Below, piece by piece: positions 30,801-40,811 of a DNA stretch of 64,000 bases (position 1 is its first letter; each line of letters starts with the position of its first letter). The notes under the pieces were generated by a model. That model saw only the letters and a list, made by a program, of their open reading frames with translations, was not told the DNA's origin and did not search any database. The stretch is from positions 2,784,001 through 2,848,000 of the forward strand of contig OZ255836.1 of the NCBI GenBank assembly GCA_965277715.1. Reading direction: 5' to 3'. The stretch comes from Gammaproteobacteria bacterium (GTDB lineage Bacteria > Pseudomonadota > Gammaproteobacteria > JBCCGL01). Both the position numbers and the translations under genes were made by a program.

Positions 30801-33071
30801 ATGGAATTCTGGTTATTAATAGGAGGCGCAGTAATTTTTTACTACGTCATCAAAGCAATGAAAACGCCTTCAAAGCAGCAAGTTCAGAAGAATAATAGAG
30901 CAATTTCCGAAAACGAAATCCGTGTAACCATGATTACGAGCAATCGGGTTGTAGCAAACAGTAATCATGATGATGATTTGGCTACCTTCGATATTTTATA
31001 TGGCTATGAGGAGGAAAAAAGCAAAAATAAAACGCCAGGGAAATGGATAAAATCCGGTGAAGCCATCACCATAAAGGGACAAAAATTTACTGGCGGTAAT
31101 TTTTATTTTGGTGGCAAGCTCAGTTCATTAGACGGATATGGAACTGAAGCGTCACTGGTTGACGATTCATTAAAGATTGAAAACAAACCGTCTAGTTTTG
31201 AAGATGATAGTTTAGGCTATTGGCCTAAATTTATCTCACTCTCACCTAAAGGGCGTGGTGCTTTCCTTAGCTGGCTATCTGGTAACAGAAGTGACTCAGA
31301 AACACCTTTGGGTTATGTGTTTATTTATTTCTATGGTATCGAAAGACGTATTACCGTTGATTCGATACATCAGACAGTAGATGACGCGGAATTTAAATCT
31401 TTGTTTGACGAAATACTACGATTAAAAGACATTTACGGCAGCAGTCGTTCTTTTTCAAATTATTCCACACGACTACTAGAATTTATGTGCTTGCTACGCC
31501 CTCAAGTAGTATCACATCCGGAGTTGGAAAAATTTCCTCAACGGGATTCTCTGTTATTTAAACATCGACTTGCCACTACAATCAGCGAGGAAAAGCCAGT
31601 TCCTGCTGAACTGGCATTGGCATGGATTCGATTTTATCCAGATTATAATCTGAAGAAACCAGCACGGCGTTGTAGCTATGAATTCAGCCAGATGTTTACA
31701 CGCCTCTATAGCAAAAAATATGGGGAAGGCATTGCTGTCAAGCCTAATAAAACACGGTTAAAGATAGAGTATCATCCTGCCAGCTCTTCTTTGCGCGGTA
31801 TATCGTTTCCTCAAAAGGATCTTCCTGATCCTAGTAATTTGAAAGGCCCTACAAATAAATTGATTGCCATCGCCGATGAATGTACAGCTGAGTTAGATGC
31901 TTATAGTCGATATCTTGCTAAATCCGATACGTCCCGCACGGATATTGAAGCCGTATTGCTATTACCAGATGAACTCAGTGACTTAGGATCTACGTTAGGG
32001 CTAGGGAAATTTAAGAAATGGGCAGATGATGCTATTTCAACAAAAAACGGTCTGGTCAATATCGAAGAATTCTGGACATATACCAAATCGCCTTTGCCTG
32101 CCAAGATCAATAAAAAGGAAGCTGAATTAATTCAAAATCTTGCTCAAAAAGCTGGTTATGGCATAGCACCTGATACACGTTACCATCATGCGAAGACGAG
32201 CGCTGATGGAAAGCTAGTTCTATTTCCTGAAGGACATGGTAAATACTTTGAACCCTCCAAAGCATATAGTGAAATGGGAATGGCACTGCGTTTAGGGGCT
32301 ATGGTTGCCACAATTGATTCACATGTGGATCAGGTGGAATTACATTTATTAACTCAGCTCATTGACCACGATACCAATTTATCGCCTACCGAGAAACGAT
32401 CATTACATGCCTATCTGGTATGGAGACTTAATACGCCTTCAAATGTCACGGGCTTAAAAGCCAGAGTGGAATTACTGGGTAAAACAGAAAAAGCAGCTGT
32501 TAGTCGTATATTGGTCGGTGTTGCGATGGTCGATGGAAAAATTGATCCGGAAGAAATCAAACAGCTTGAAAAGCTCTATACCTTGCTTGGTCTTGATAAA
32601 GCCCTTGTTACTGGAGACATTCATGGAATGTCATCAAGTAAAGCAGGAGCACAACCCGCCAACCCTCAATCAGAGACTATTTCGCCAGCTTCCACTACAT
32701 TCCAGCTCGATGAAAGTATCCTCGCAATACATGAGTCGGAAACCAAAGATGTACAAAGCATGTTAGGCGCTATATTCGTGGAGAACGAACCCGAAGGTGA
32801 ATCCGATGGCTCAGCTACGGATAACTCTGTAGTAGAGGAAGAAACCGGAATTGATAAACCGCATTATGCTTTGTTTGAAAGCTTGATACGAAAAGATAAA
32901 TGGACTCGTGAAGAAGTGGAAGCACTGTGCCGTGATTCTGCTCTGATGGTTAGCGGAGCATTGGAAACTATTAATGACTGGTCATTTGAAAAAGTGGATG
33001 CAGCTGTACTTGAAGAGGATGGTGATGCTATTTATGTCGACCAGGAAATCGTAGAAGAGATAGAAGGTTAA
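30801..33071 (+). CDS. TerB_N/TerB/TerB_C domain protein
   Basis: N-terminal TM, LGYWP, GYVFIYFYGIERR, TerB-like VAMVDGKIDPEE, LETINDWSFE. Confidence 0.85.
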   Translation: MEFWLLIGGAVIFYYVIKAMKTPSKQQVQKNNRAISENEIRVTMITSNRVVANSNHDDDLATFDILYGYEEEKSKNKTPGKWIKSGEAITIKGQKFTGGNFYFGGKLSSLDGYGTEASLVDDSLKIENKPSSFEDDSLGYWPKFISLSPKGRGAFLSWLSGNRSDSETPLGYVFIYFYGIERRITVDSIHQTVDDAEFKSLFDEILRLKDIYGSSRSFSNYSTRLLEFMCLLRPQVVSHPELEKFPQRDSLLFKHRLATTISEEKPVPAELALAWIRFYPDYNLKKPARRCSYEFSQMFTRLYSKKYGEGIAVKPNKTRLKIEYHPASSSLRGISFPQKDLPDPSNLKGPTNKLIAIADECTAELDAYSRYLAKSDTSRTDIEAVLLLPDELSDLGSTLGLGKFKKWADDAISTKNGLVNIEEFWTYTKSPLPAKINKKEAELIQNLAQKAGYGIAPDTRYHHAKTSADGKLVLFPEGHGKYFEPSKAYSEMGMALRLGAMVATIDSHVDQVELHLLTQLIDHDTNLSPTEKRSLHAYLVWRLNTPSNVTGLKARVELLGKTEKAAVSRILVGVAMVDGKIDPEEIKQLEKLYTLLGLDKALVTGDIHGMSSSKAGAQPANPQSETISPASTTFQLDESILAIHESETKDVQSMLGAIFVENEPEGESDGSATDNSVVEEETGIDKPHYALFESLIRKDKWTREEVEALCRDSALMVSGALETINDWSFEKVDAAVLEEDGDAIYVDQEIVEEIEG

Positions 33072-33075
33072 ACTG

Positions 33076-34401
33076 ATGAAAAAACGTATCCGATTAAAAG
33101 AACGTGACGCAATCATTCAATCACTGAAGTCAGGCGTGACCCCCAAAATTGGGATTCAGCATATTCAGGTAGGACGAAGCAATGAAGTCAAAGCGTTGTA
33201 TAAAGACATCGAACGAATCTCGGAAGGTGGCGCAGCATTCAGGCTTATTATTGGCGATTACGGATCAGGGAAAACGTTTTTCTTAAGCGTGGTGCGTTCC
33301 ATTGCTCTTGAAAAGAAGCTGGTTACAGTCAATGCAGACCTCTCACCAGATCGACGCGTACATGCTTCTTCAGGTCAGGCACGGAATCTATATTCTGAAC
33401 TAATGAGGAATCTGGCAACCCGTAATAAGCCGGATGGAAATGCGTTAGCCAGTGTTGTAGAGCGTTTTGTAACTCAGGCTCGTAAAGAAGCAGATGAAAA
33501 GAACACCGACGTTTCTACAGTAATTCATCAAAAATTAGCGTCCTTGTCAGAATTGGTTGGTGGATACGATTTTGCAAAAGTCATTGATGCCTACTGGAAT
33601 GGTCATGAGCAGGATAACGAAGAGTTAAAATCAAATGCTATTCGTTGGTTACGTGCTGAATACACTACCAAGACAGATGCAAGAAGGGATCTTGATGTCA
33701 GAACAATTATTTCGGACAACTCGTTTTACGATGCGTTAAAACTTATGAGCCTATTTGTGCGTCAGGCGGGTTATGAAGGCTTACTTGTTAATCTGGATGA
33801 GATGGTCAATCTTTATAAATTAAGCAGCACACAAGCACGTACATCTAACTATGAGCAGATTCTTCGGATACTCAACGATTGCCTGCAGGGTTCGGCTGAA
33901 TATCTTGGGTTTTTATTGGGTGGAACGCCGGAGTTTTTATTAGACCCCCGCAGAGGATTATATAGTTATGAAGCACTGCAATCCCGTTTAGCTGAAAATA
34001 GCTTTGCGCAACGTGCGGGTGTTATTGATTATTCATCACCTGCACTACATCTAGCGAGCTTAACACCAGAGGAGCTTTATATTCTCCTGAAGAATCTTCA
34101 TCATGTCTTTGCCGAAGGTGATACATCTAAATATCTAGTGCCTAATGATGCACTGAAATCCTTTTTACACCATTGTAGCCAGACTATCGGTGATGCCTAT
34201 TTTCGCACACCGAGAAATACCATCAAAGCATTTTTAGATATGCTGGCAGTTTTGGAACAAAACCCTTCTATGCAATGGTCACAGTTAGTTCAATCTATAG
34301 CGATTGAGGATGATCGACCAAGTGATACAGATGAGATTATGGTGGATGAAAAAACAGGCGAAATTTTGAATTCTGATGGACTAGCTGATTTCAAATTATG
34401 A
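33076..34401 (+). CDS. DUF2791/BrxD-like P-loop ATPase
   Basis: SLKSGVTP, GDYGSGKTF, LDEMVN, YSYEALQSRL. Confidence 0.88.
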   Translation: MKKRIRLKERDAIIQSLKSGVTPKIGIQHIQVGRSNEVKALYKDIERISEGGAAFRLIIGDYGSGKTFFLSVVRSIALEKKLVTVNADLSPDRRVHASSGQARNLYSELMRNLATRNKPDGNALASVVERFVTQARKEADEKNTDVSTVIHQKLASLSELVGGYDFAKVIDAYWNGHEQDNEELKSNAIRWLRAEYTTKTDARRDLDVRTIISDNSFYDALKLMSLFVRQAGYEGLLVNLDEMVNLYKLSSTQARTSNYEQILRILNDCLQGSAEYLGFLLGGTPEFLLDPRRGLYSYEALQSRLAENSFAQRAGVIDYSSPALHLASLTPEELYILLKNLHHVFAEGDTSKYLVPNDALKSFLHHCSQTIGDAYFRTPRNTIKAFLDMLAVLEQNPSMQWSQLVQSIAIEDDRPSDTDEIMVDEKTGEILNSDGLADFKL

Positions 34402-36602
34402 TAGAGGAATATCAGCGCCTTGATAAGCGTGTACAAAAATGGTTATTTAATCAGGGATGGCCTGATTTAAGAGAAATACAAAAACGGTCAATTGCACCAA
34501 TTCTGTCAGGTGATAGAGATGTACTGATTAGTGCGTCAACAGCGGCAGGTAAAACAGAAGCTTTTTTTCTGCCCGCATGTAGCTCTATTGCTGAAGAGGA
34601 AAACGGCTTTGGTATTTTGTATATCAGTCCTTTAAAAGCATTGATTAACGATCAGTACCGCAGGCTCGAATCGTTAAGTGAAATGTTGGATATGCAGGTT
34701 ACGCCGTGGCACGGTGATAGCCTTCACTCCAAAAAGAAGAAAGCTAGAAGCAACCCTTCAGGTATTCTGCTTATTACCCCTGAATCCCTGGAATCCCTCT
34801 TAGTTAGAGAGCCGGGATGGGTCAAGCAATCCTTCACCTCACTCAAATATATCGTCATTGATGAATTTCATGCGTTTATCGGAACAGAACGAGGACAGCA
34901 ATTACTTTCTCTGCTTACCCGCCTCGAACACTTAACTGGTCGAATCTCTAATCCCATTCCACGGGTTGCACTAAGTGCGACACTCGGAGAGCTTGAAAAA
35001 GTACCGTTATCTCTCAGGCCGAATAAAAGTCTGCCTTGTGAAACCATTACCAGTAGCCAGCACCAAAGCACTATTAAAGTTCAGGTTAAAGGATATTTAG
35101 AACCTGTAGATATTTTGGCTGATGATACACACACATCTGCAGAACAGCAGATTTGTCAGGAAATATTTAGGCTCTGTAGAGGCGACTCACATCTGGTATT
35201 TGCAAATAGCCGTAGCCGAACAGAAAGCATTGCTGCACAGTTAAGTGATTTATGCGAACAACAAGTTGTACCGAATGAGTTTTTCCCTCATCACGGCTCA
35301 TTAGCCAAAGAACTCAGAGAAGATCTAGAAGCCAGATTACAGAAGGAAACCCTACCTACTACAGCTATTTGTACCATGACCCTAGAGCTAGGTATCGACA
35401 TTGGAAAAGTGAGTTCCATCATTCAGGTTACTGCTCCACACTCAGTATCAAGTTTACGTCAACGATTAGGTCGATCTGGTAGAAGGAATTCCCCTTCCAT
35501 ATTGCGTATGCTTATTTCTGAAGATGAACTAAGTGATAAATCTAATATAGTAGATGATCTTAGATTAGAGCTGGTTCAATCACTAGCAATGATACGTTTG
35601 CTGATTGTAGATAACTGGTTTGAACCGGCAGATACAGAGCAAATGCATCTCTCTACCTTTTTACATCAGATTCTAGCTGTCATTGCGCAATGGGGTAGCG
35701 TCAGAGCAGACCAGCTTTATTCTTTATTATGTGAGCAAGGGTCGTTCAAAGAAATATCAATTCAGCACTTCAAGCAACTATTGTCCCATATGGGGACAGT
35801 CCAACTAATACAGCAACTCAATAGCGGTGAGTTGGTTTTAGGAATTGAAGGTGAACGTCTTACCAATTCCTATACCTTCTATGCTGTCTTTAAAACACCA
35901 GAAGAATTCCGTATTGTTACCGGAGGCAAAACACTCGGTACGCTACCTGTTGATTCATTACTCCTTAAAGATCAGCACATTATATTTGGTGGCCGTAGAT
36001 GGAAGGTCACGGATATTGACGATGAAAAGAAAGTCATCTATGTGACTTCTACAAAGGGCGGTAAACCTCCCAAATTTAACGGTAACGGCATGTCGATTCA
36101 TGACAGGGTTCGACAAGAGATGCTAAGTATCTATTGCACAGGTGACTATCGTATTGAGGTTGGTAACCAGAAAATAGATTTTGTAGATGATCTCGGAAAG
36201 CAGTTATTTCAAGATGGAGCATATTTTTTTAAAGAAGCCAACCTTGAAAACCAACCTATCTATCAAAGCGGTAAGTATAGTTATATTTTTTCATGGATGG
36301 GCGATAAAGTAGTTAACACCCTTACCGTTTTGCTCATTAGAAGTGGGTTTGTATGCAGTAATTTTGCTGGCGTTATTGAAGTTCAGAATTCGAGTGTCGA
36401 TGACATAAAAAATTGCTTAATAGATATAGCAAAAGATGATCTACTGGATGAAACCGAACTGGCTGGAATACTTTCATTAAATCAAAAGCTTATAGAAAAA
36501 TATGATGAGTATCTACCTGATGATTTACTAACCGAATGCTATGGACTAAAAGCATTTAATTCTAGGATTACTAAACAGTGGATATTAAGCAACCTTGTCT
36601 GA
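34398..36602 (+). CDS. Lhr-like DEAD/DEAH-box helicase
   Basis: TAAGKTEA, DEFH, LSAT, HHGSL, LELGIDIG, QRLGRSGRR. Confidence 0.9.
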   Translation: MIEEYQRLDKRVQKWLFNQGWPDLREIQKRSIAPILSGDRDVLISASTAAGKTEAFFLPACSSIAEEENGFGILYISPLKALINDQYRRLESLSEMLDMQVTPWHGDSLHSKKKKARSNPSGILLITPESLESLLVREPGWVKQSFTSLKYIVIDEFHAFIGTERGQQLLSLLTRLEHLTGRISNPIPRVALSATLGELEKVPLSLRPNKSLPCETITSSQHQSTIKVQVKGYLEPVDILADDTHTSAEQQICQEIFRLCRGDSHLVFANSRSRTESIAAQLSDLCEQQVVPNEFFPHHGSLAKELREDLEARLQKETLPTTAICTMTLELGIDIGKVSSIIQVTAPHSVSSLRQRLGRSGRRNSPSILRMLISEDELSDKSNIVDDLRLELVQSLAMIRLLIVDNWFEPADTEQMHLSTFLHQILAVIAQWGSVRADQLYSLLCEQGSFKEISIQHFKQLLSHMGTVQLIQQLNSGELVLGIEGERLTNSYTFYAVFKTPEEFRIVTGGKTLGTLPVDSLLLKDQHIIFGGRRWKVTDIDDEKKVIYVTSTKGGKPPKFNGNGMSIHDRVRQEMLSIYCTGDYRIEVGNQKIDFVDDLGKQLFQDGAYFFKEANLENQPIYQSGKYSYIFSWMGDKVVNTLTVLLIRSGFVCSNFAGVIEVQNSSVDDIKNCLIDIAKDDLLDETELAGILSLNQKLIEKYDEYLPDDLLTECYGLKAFNSRITKQWILSNLV

Positions 36603-36714
36603 GTGGCCAATCTGCAAATAAAAGGGTTATATGTGGACCCGCAGTTAAATTCAACAATTTTTTAATCGTTTATTCATTTTTTAGCGTTCAGTTCAGTCAC
36701 AGTAAATAAGACAG

Positions 36715-37557
36715 AAAGGGGGCAGGTTAGTTATTTAACATAGATTATGTCAATATCACCCCATGCCAAGGCCTCACCGCATAGAATATGAAAACGCCTT
36801 CTACCATATAATGAACCGTGGTCGGGAGCGTAAGACGGTTTTTCATAGCGAAGCTTACTACCAAGCGTTTCTCGCCACATTGACCGAAGCCGCAGAGCGT
36901 TTTCACGCCGTGATTCACGCTTATTGCCTAATGGGCAACCACTACCACCTACTGCTGGAAACACCTGATGCTAACCTCAGTCGCATTATGCAGCATATCG
37001 ATGGTGTCTATACACGGCGTTATAACCGCCTTAAAAAAACGGATGGTCCTCAGTTTAGAGGGCGATTTAAAGCCATCAATGTCGATGAACATGCGTATCT
37101 ATTACCCCTGTCTCGCTATCTACATAGAAACCCCATTGAGACTAAAAAAATAACCTATCGACGGTGTTAGGTGACAAGGTGTTCCGCTCACAGTTGGCCG
37201 AGTACAAAGAAAGCCAGAGTGGCGTTGATGTGTGGTCCCAATTGCGGGAAAAGGTAGCCAGCAGTGTGATAGTAAAAACGCTGGCAAATTGTTGCCGAGT
37301 GAGTGAAGGCAGTGTTTCGGATAGTCAAGGTAAGGGAGGTAGCGCGAACACTCAACGCAAATTGGCCATGTACTATTACCAGCGATTTGGTAGTATGTCG
37401 TTAAAGGCGATTACTCAACATTTTGGGTTAAGTCACCCTGGTGGTGTGTCGAGTGCAATAGCTCACGTCAAGAAGGCGCTAGACAAGGGGGAACTTAAAG
37501 AGGTGGTGCATCAAATTGAAAACCAGCTAAATAGTAAATAACTTGCCTGATCCCTTT
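36715..37557 (+). mobile_element. RAYT-like element type A, copy 2, frameshifted by a ~190-bp deletion
   Basis: Near-identical to 4893-5925; split ORFs 36763-37170 and 37164-37541; degenerate TIRs. Confidence 0.85.
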
Positions 37558-37670
37558 GATCGTATTAACACCAACTTTATGGCCACTGTGGTAACTAATG
37601 TTTTATATTGGTGCCAAGTGATGAATAAATGTTACCATTTTGTGCCAATGATATCCCCACATAATCCCTA

Positions 37671-38723
37671 ATGACCCTGCTGATTCTTTATCTGGCGCTC
37701 GCAATCGGAGTTTCTTTTCTCTGCTCCATTCTGGAGGCCGTATTGCTCTCGATGACTCCAGCGTATATGGAGCAAATCAAATCGAAGAAACCACGGCTCG
37801 GGGCCAGACTGGCGCGGATCAAGGAGCGGCTGGACGAATCGCTTGCCAGCATTCTGATACTCAATACTTTTGCCCATACTATGGGAGCCGCTGGTGTCGG
37901 CTCACAGGCGCTGCAGGTGTTCGGTCAGAAATGGGAAACGCTGATCGCGATATTATTGACTCTGGCAATTCTCTATTTTTCTGAGATTATACCCAAGACT
38001 CTGGGGGCTACTTTTTGGCGGCAACTGGCGCTGCCTTCCGCCATTTTGATCTCTTGGCTGGTCAAACTGGTGTTTCCACTGGTGTGGATATCGACCCGTT
38101 TGACGAAGTTAATCAGCGGCAATAAGGAGAATGAAATTACCCGAGAGGAGATTATTGCCCTGGCCTCCCTCGGTCACAAGGACGGTAATCTGTTTTCCCA
38201 GGAAAACGAGTATCTGCTGAATCTGTTAAACCTGCGCAAGGTGAGAACCGAGGGGATATTCACCCCCCGGTCGGTAGTACACATGTTGCACCAAAATGTG
38301 ACCGTCAAAGAAGCTCTGGATGACCCGGAGAGTCAACAATTTACCCGGATTCCTGTCTACGGCGACAGCGTTGATGATATTAAGGGCAAAGTGATTCGAC
38401 CGGATTTATTCGAGGCGGAACGCAACGGTCAGGGCGGGGCCTGCGTAGGCGATTACATCAAGCCACTTTCCCGCGTGTCAGAAAAACTGCCGGTCCAGCA
38501 TCTGCTGGATTTATTTATCCGGCAAAAAGCGCATATGTGTCTGGTAGAGGATGAATTCGGTCAAACCGCCGGGATCGTTACCCTGGAAGACGCGATCGAA
38601 ACCCTGTTAGGTAAAGAAATTGTCGATGAGCGGGACACGGTGGAAGACATGCAGGAACTGGCGCGGGATAAATACCGCGCGCGTTTGCGCAAAGAGAAAT
38701 CCCGGCGAAAATCGGACGGTTAA
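37671..38723 (+). CDS. CNNM/DUF21-CBS (hemolysin/CorC-like) membrane protein
   Basis: SFLCSILEAVLLS, SEIIPKTLG, TPRSV, FTRIPVY, DEFGQTAGIVTLED. Confidence 0.92.
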   Translation: MTLLILYLALAIGVSFLCSILEAVLLSMTPAYMEQIKSKKPRLGARLARIKERLDESLASILILNTFAHTMGAAGVGSQALQVFGQKWETLIAILLTLAILYFSEIIPKTLGATFWRQLALPSAILISWLVKLVFPLVWISTRLTKLISGNKENEITREEIIALASLGHKDGNLFSQENEYLLNLLNLRKVRTEGIFTPRSVVHMLHQNVTVKEALDDPESQQFTRIPVYGDSVDDIKGKVIRPDLFEAERNGQGGACVGDYIKPLSRVSEKLPVQHLLDLFIRQKAHMCLVEDEFGQTAGIVTLEDAIETLLGKEIVDERDTVEDMQELARDKYRARLRKEKSRRKSDG

Positions 38724-38789
38724 ATGAAAAGCAAACACAGGTGCGAAACCTGATGCGTAAAGTGTCGCAACAGAATCAAAAGACAAAAG

Positions 38790-39492
38790 AAAAGGGGTCA
38801 ATTCTATTTAATATTTTCAAAATAGTATAAATTTAAACGATGCCCAGACCTACTCGAATACAATACGAAAATGCCTACTACCACGTTATGAATCGTGGCA
38901 AAGCCAGACAGACCATCTTTCATGGCGAAGTTTACTACCAGGCATTTCTACAAACGCTCGATGAAGCACATAAACGCTTTGATGCCTACATCCACGCTTA
39001 CTGTTTGATGGGTAATCATTATCATCTATTGATCGAAACCCCTCGTGCTAATCTGGATCGCATCATGCGGCATATCAATGGTATCTACACACAACGCTAC
39101 AACCGGCTTAGACGCACGGATGGGCCTCTTTTTCGCGGTCGTTATAAAGCGATTATTGTGGATACAGACAACTACTTATTACCCTTAAGCCGTTACATTC
39201 ATCGTAACCCAATAGTGGCAGCGGTGTTTGGCGTTAACGCGAGTGATGTACTTACGCGACAGCGGGGGAGACAACGGGCGTATCTACCTCGTAAAGTAGC
39301 GATATATTGTTGTCAGCAATTGGGAGATATGCCGTTAAAAACACTGGTTGATATGTTTGGATATAGTCGTGTTAGTAGCCTTTCTCCTGCAATTGGTTAT
39401 GTAAAGAGTGGGCTGTCAGACGGCAGCTTGAAGGGCGTGTTTGAGCAGGTTTGCAACCGTTTGAAAAATATTAAATACGATTGACCCCTTTT
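38790..39492 (+). mobile_element. RAYT-like element type B, copy 4, same in-frame deletion as copy 3 (CDS 38840-39484)
   Basis: TIRs AAAAGGGGTCAAT / ATTGACCCCTTTT; identical deletion junction CCCAATAG|TGGCAGCG. Confidence 0.85.
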
Positions 39493-39660
39493 TTTAGTTG
39501 CTGAAGTTTTGGACGATTTGCTCTAACATTTCTTGGTACATATGTTGATAGATTCGGGGATTTTGACAACCTCGTAGAATGTGCAACTTGGTTCGCAGGC
39601 GACGGCGGTCAGACTGTGAACGGCGACGCTTCAACATCCACACAAAGTAATGAGGTTAAT

Positions 39661-39855
39661 ATGAATATAGATACAATTGCTTATTCCAACGAATTTTGCA
39701 AGAACTGCGGTACGAATTCACCCCGTGAAACCACAAAATCTGGTAACGATGATACAGGTGTAGTTACGACTGTATATTGCAAGGGCTGTAAAAAATTTAA
39801 CCGCATAGAGACCGATTCATCTGGTTCAATTGTCGCCGAACAATATGACCTGTAA
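39661..39855 (+). CDS. Small zinc-ribbon protein
   Basis: RBS GAGG, CKNC...CKGC. Confidence 0.55.
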   Translation: MNIDTIAYSNEFCKNCGTNSPRETTKSGNDDTGVVTTVYCKGCKKFNRIETDSSGSIVAEQYDL

Positions 39856-39890
39856 TCGTGCCATCACTAACAAAGGAGGCAGCATCGAGC

Positions 39891-40091
39891 GCCACTTCCT
39901 TAAGCGGTAAGCATTTGGTATATATCCGATAAAATTTAGATATAAGTGGCTCATTTTTGTTTTTTGGGATGCCCATATCTTTTAACAGCTTCCCTTGCTA
40001 CAGGCCTTGGCTGCATGAGTAAAAGGCAAGGTTTTGGGCTTCGCTTAACAGCCCTTGGCTCTACTCGACTGGGACGATTACCCACACAGTT
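39891..40091 (-). mobile_element. IS4 3' remnant related to 962-2527
   Basis: Minus strand NCVGNRPSRVEPRAVKRSPKPCLLLMQPR...GHPKKQK*; partial TIR CACTTCCTTAAGC. Confidence 0.8.
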
Positions 40092-40238
40092 ATTTTATGG
40101 GCAGTTATTTTATGGGTGTCTACTTTTTGTGAGCACTTATAGTGCGCTTGCTGTATCGACGCACCTGCATAAATTCAGATATAGACGTGAGAAATGGTGA
40201 TTTACTCATAGCGAAGTCCTTTTCGAAAACCATAAATA

Positions 40239-40430
40239 TGCTATTCTAACTGTGGCTGGAAAACAACAATACTAAATATCAAAGGTCTCTGTATTATTTT
40301 TAGTATCAAAATGAGATAAAATATAGCGATATGAATCAGCCACTTACAAAAATGTCTCAATACTGGTAAGAATTAAGAGATCACCTCATAATAACGTTAC
40401 AGAGGTCTTTGGCCTTTGTAACATACTGTT
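40239..40430 (+). repeat. attI-like platform, copy 4 (shortest and most diverged)
   Basis: Ends TGTAACATACT-GTT at 40428. Confidence 0.8.
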
Positions 40431-40458
40431 ATAAGTCATTCGGAGTTACTTTAATATA

Positions 40459-40740
40459 ATGATAGGGAAGAATATTTTGGTTGGCCTCACTTACGTTGAT
40501 AAAAATAATGAAGTAACAGATAAATTACAGCTTCATGGGAAAATAGTATCAACAAGTGAGAGTACGTTGACTTTTGAACGTTCAGATAATGGCCATGAAT
40601 TCTCTATTCCCTTTGATGGTGATCTCGAGGAAACTGATCCAGAATTTATATACACACTTAAATCTACGGGTGAGGACGTTACTGGGGTAAATTATATTTC
40701 GTCATTAAATATACATCAGGGTGAGGAAAATGACTTATAA
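40459..40740 (+). CDS. Gene cassette: hypothetical acidic protein
   Basis: Lies between the platform GTT and an attC; stop codon inside R''. Confidence 0.75.
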   Translation: MIGKNILVGLTYVDKNNEVTDKLQLHGKIVSTSESTLTFERSDNGHEFSIPFDGDLEETDPEFIYTLKSTGEDVTGVNYISSLNIHQGEENDL

Positions 40741-40796
40741 CAAGTCAGAGCAAGTGGACGCGCAAAAAGTGCGTGCCATTGCTTGAAACGTTAGAG
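40735..40796 (+). other. Integron attC site
   Basis: R'' TTATAAC ... R' GTTAGAG, 62 bp; AATGACTTATAAC is the exact 13-nt reverse complement of the cassette start GTTATAAGTCATT. Confidence 0.88.
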
Positions 40797-40811
40797 CTCA
40801 AGGGGAGGTTT

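Noticed and set aside
30801-36602. Calling the triad a BREX system or a tellurite-resistance operon
   Set aside because: No pglZ, pglX or brxC and no terZACDE genes are present
36590-36714. attC after the Lhr helicase
   Set aside because: No RYYYAAC box or palindrome pairing with the GTT at 36626
39856-39890. CACTAAC after the zinc-ribbon gene as an attC R'' box
   Set aside because: No complementary arm or matching GTTAGTG at the gene start; interrupted by an IS4 end
39946-40200. 84-aa plus-strand ORF (likewise 2260-2469)
   Set aside because: Antisense shadow of the IS4 transposase 3' end
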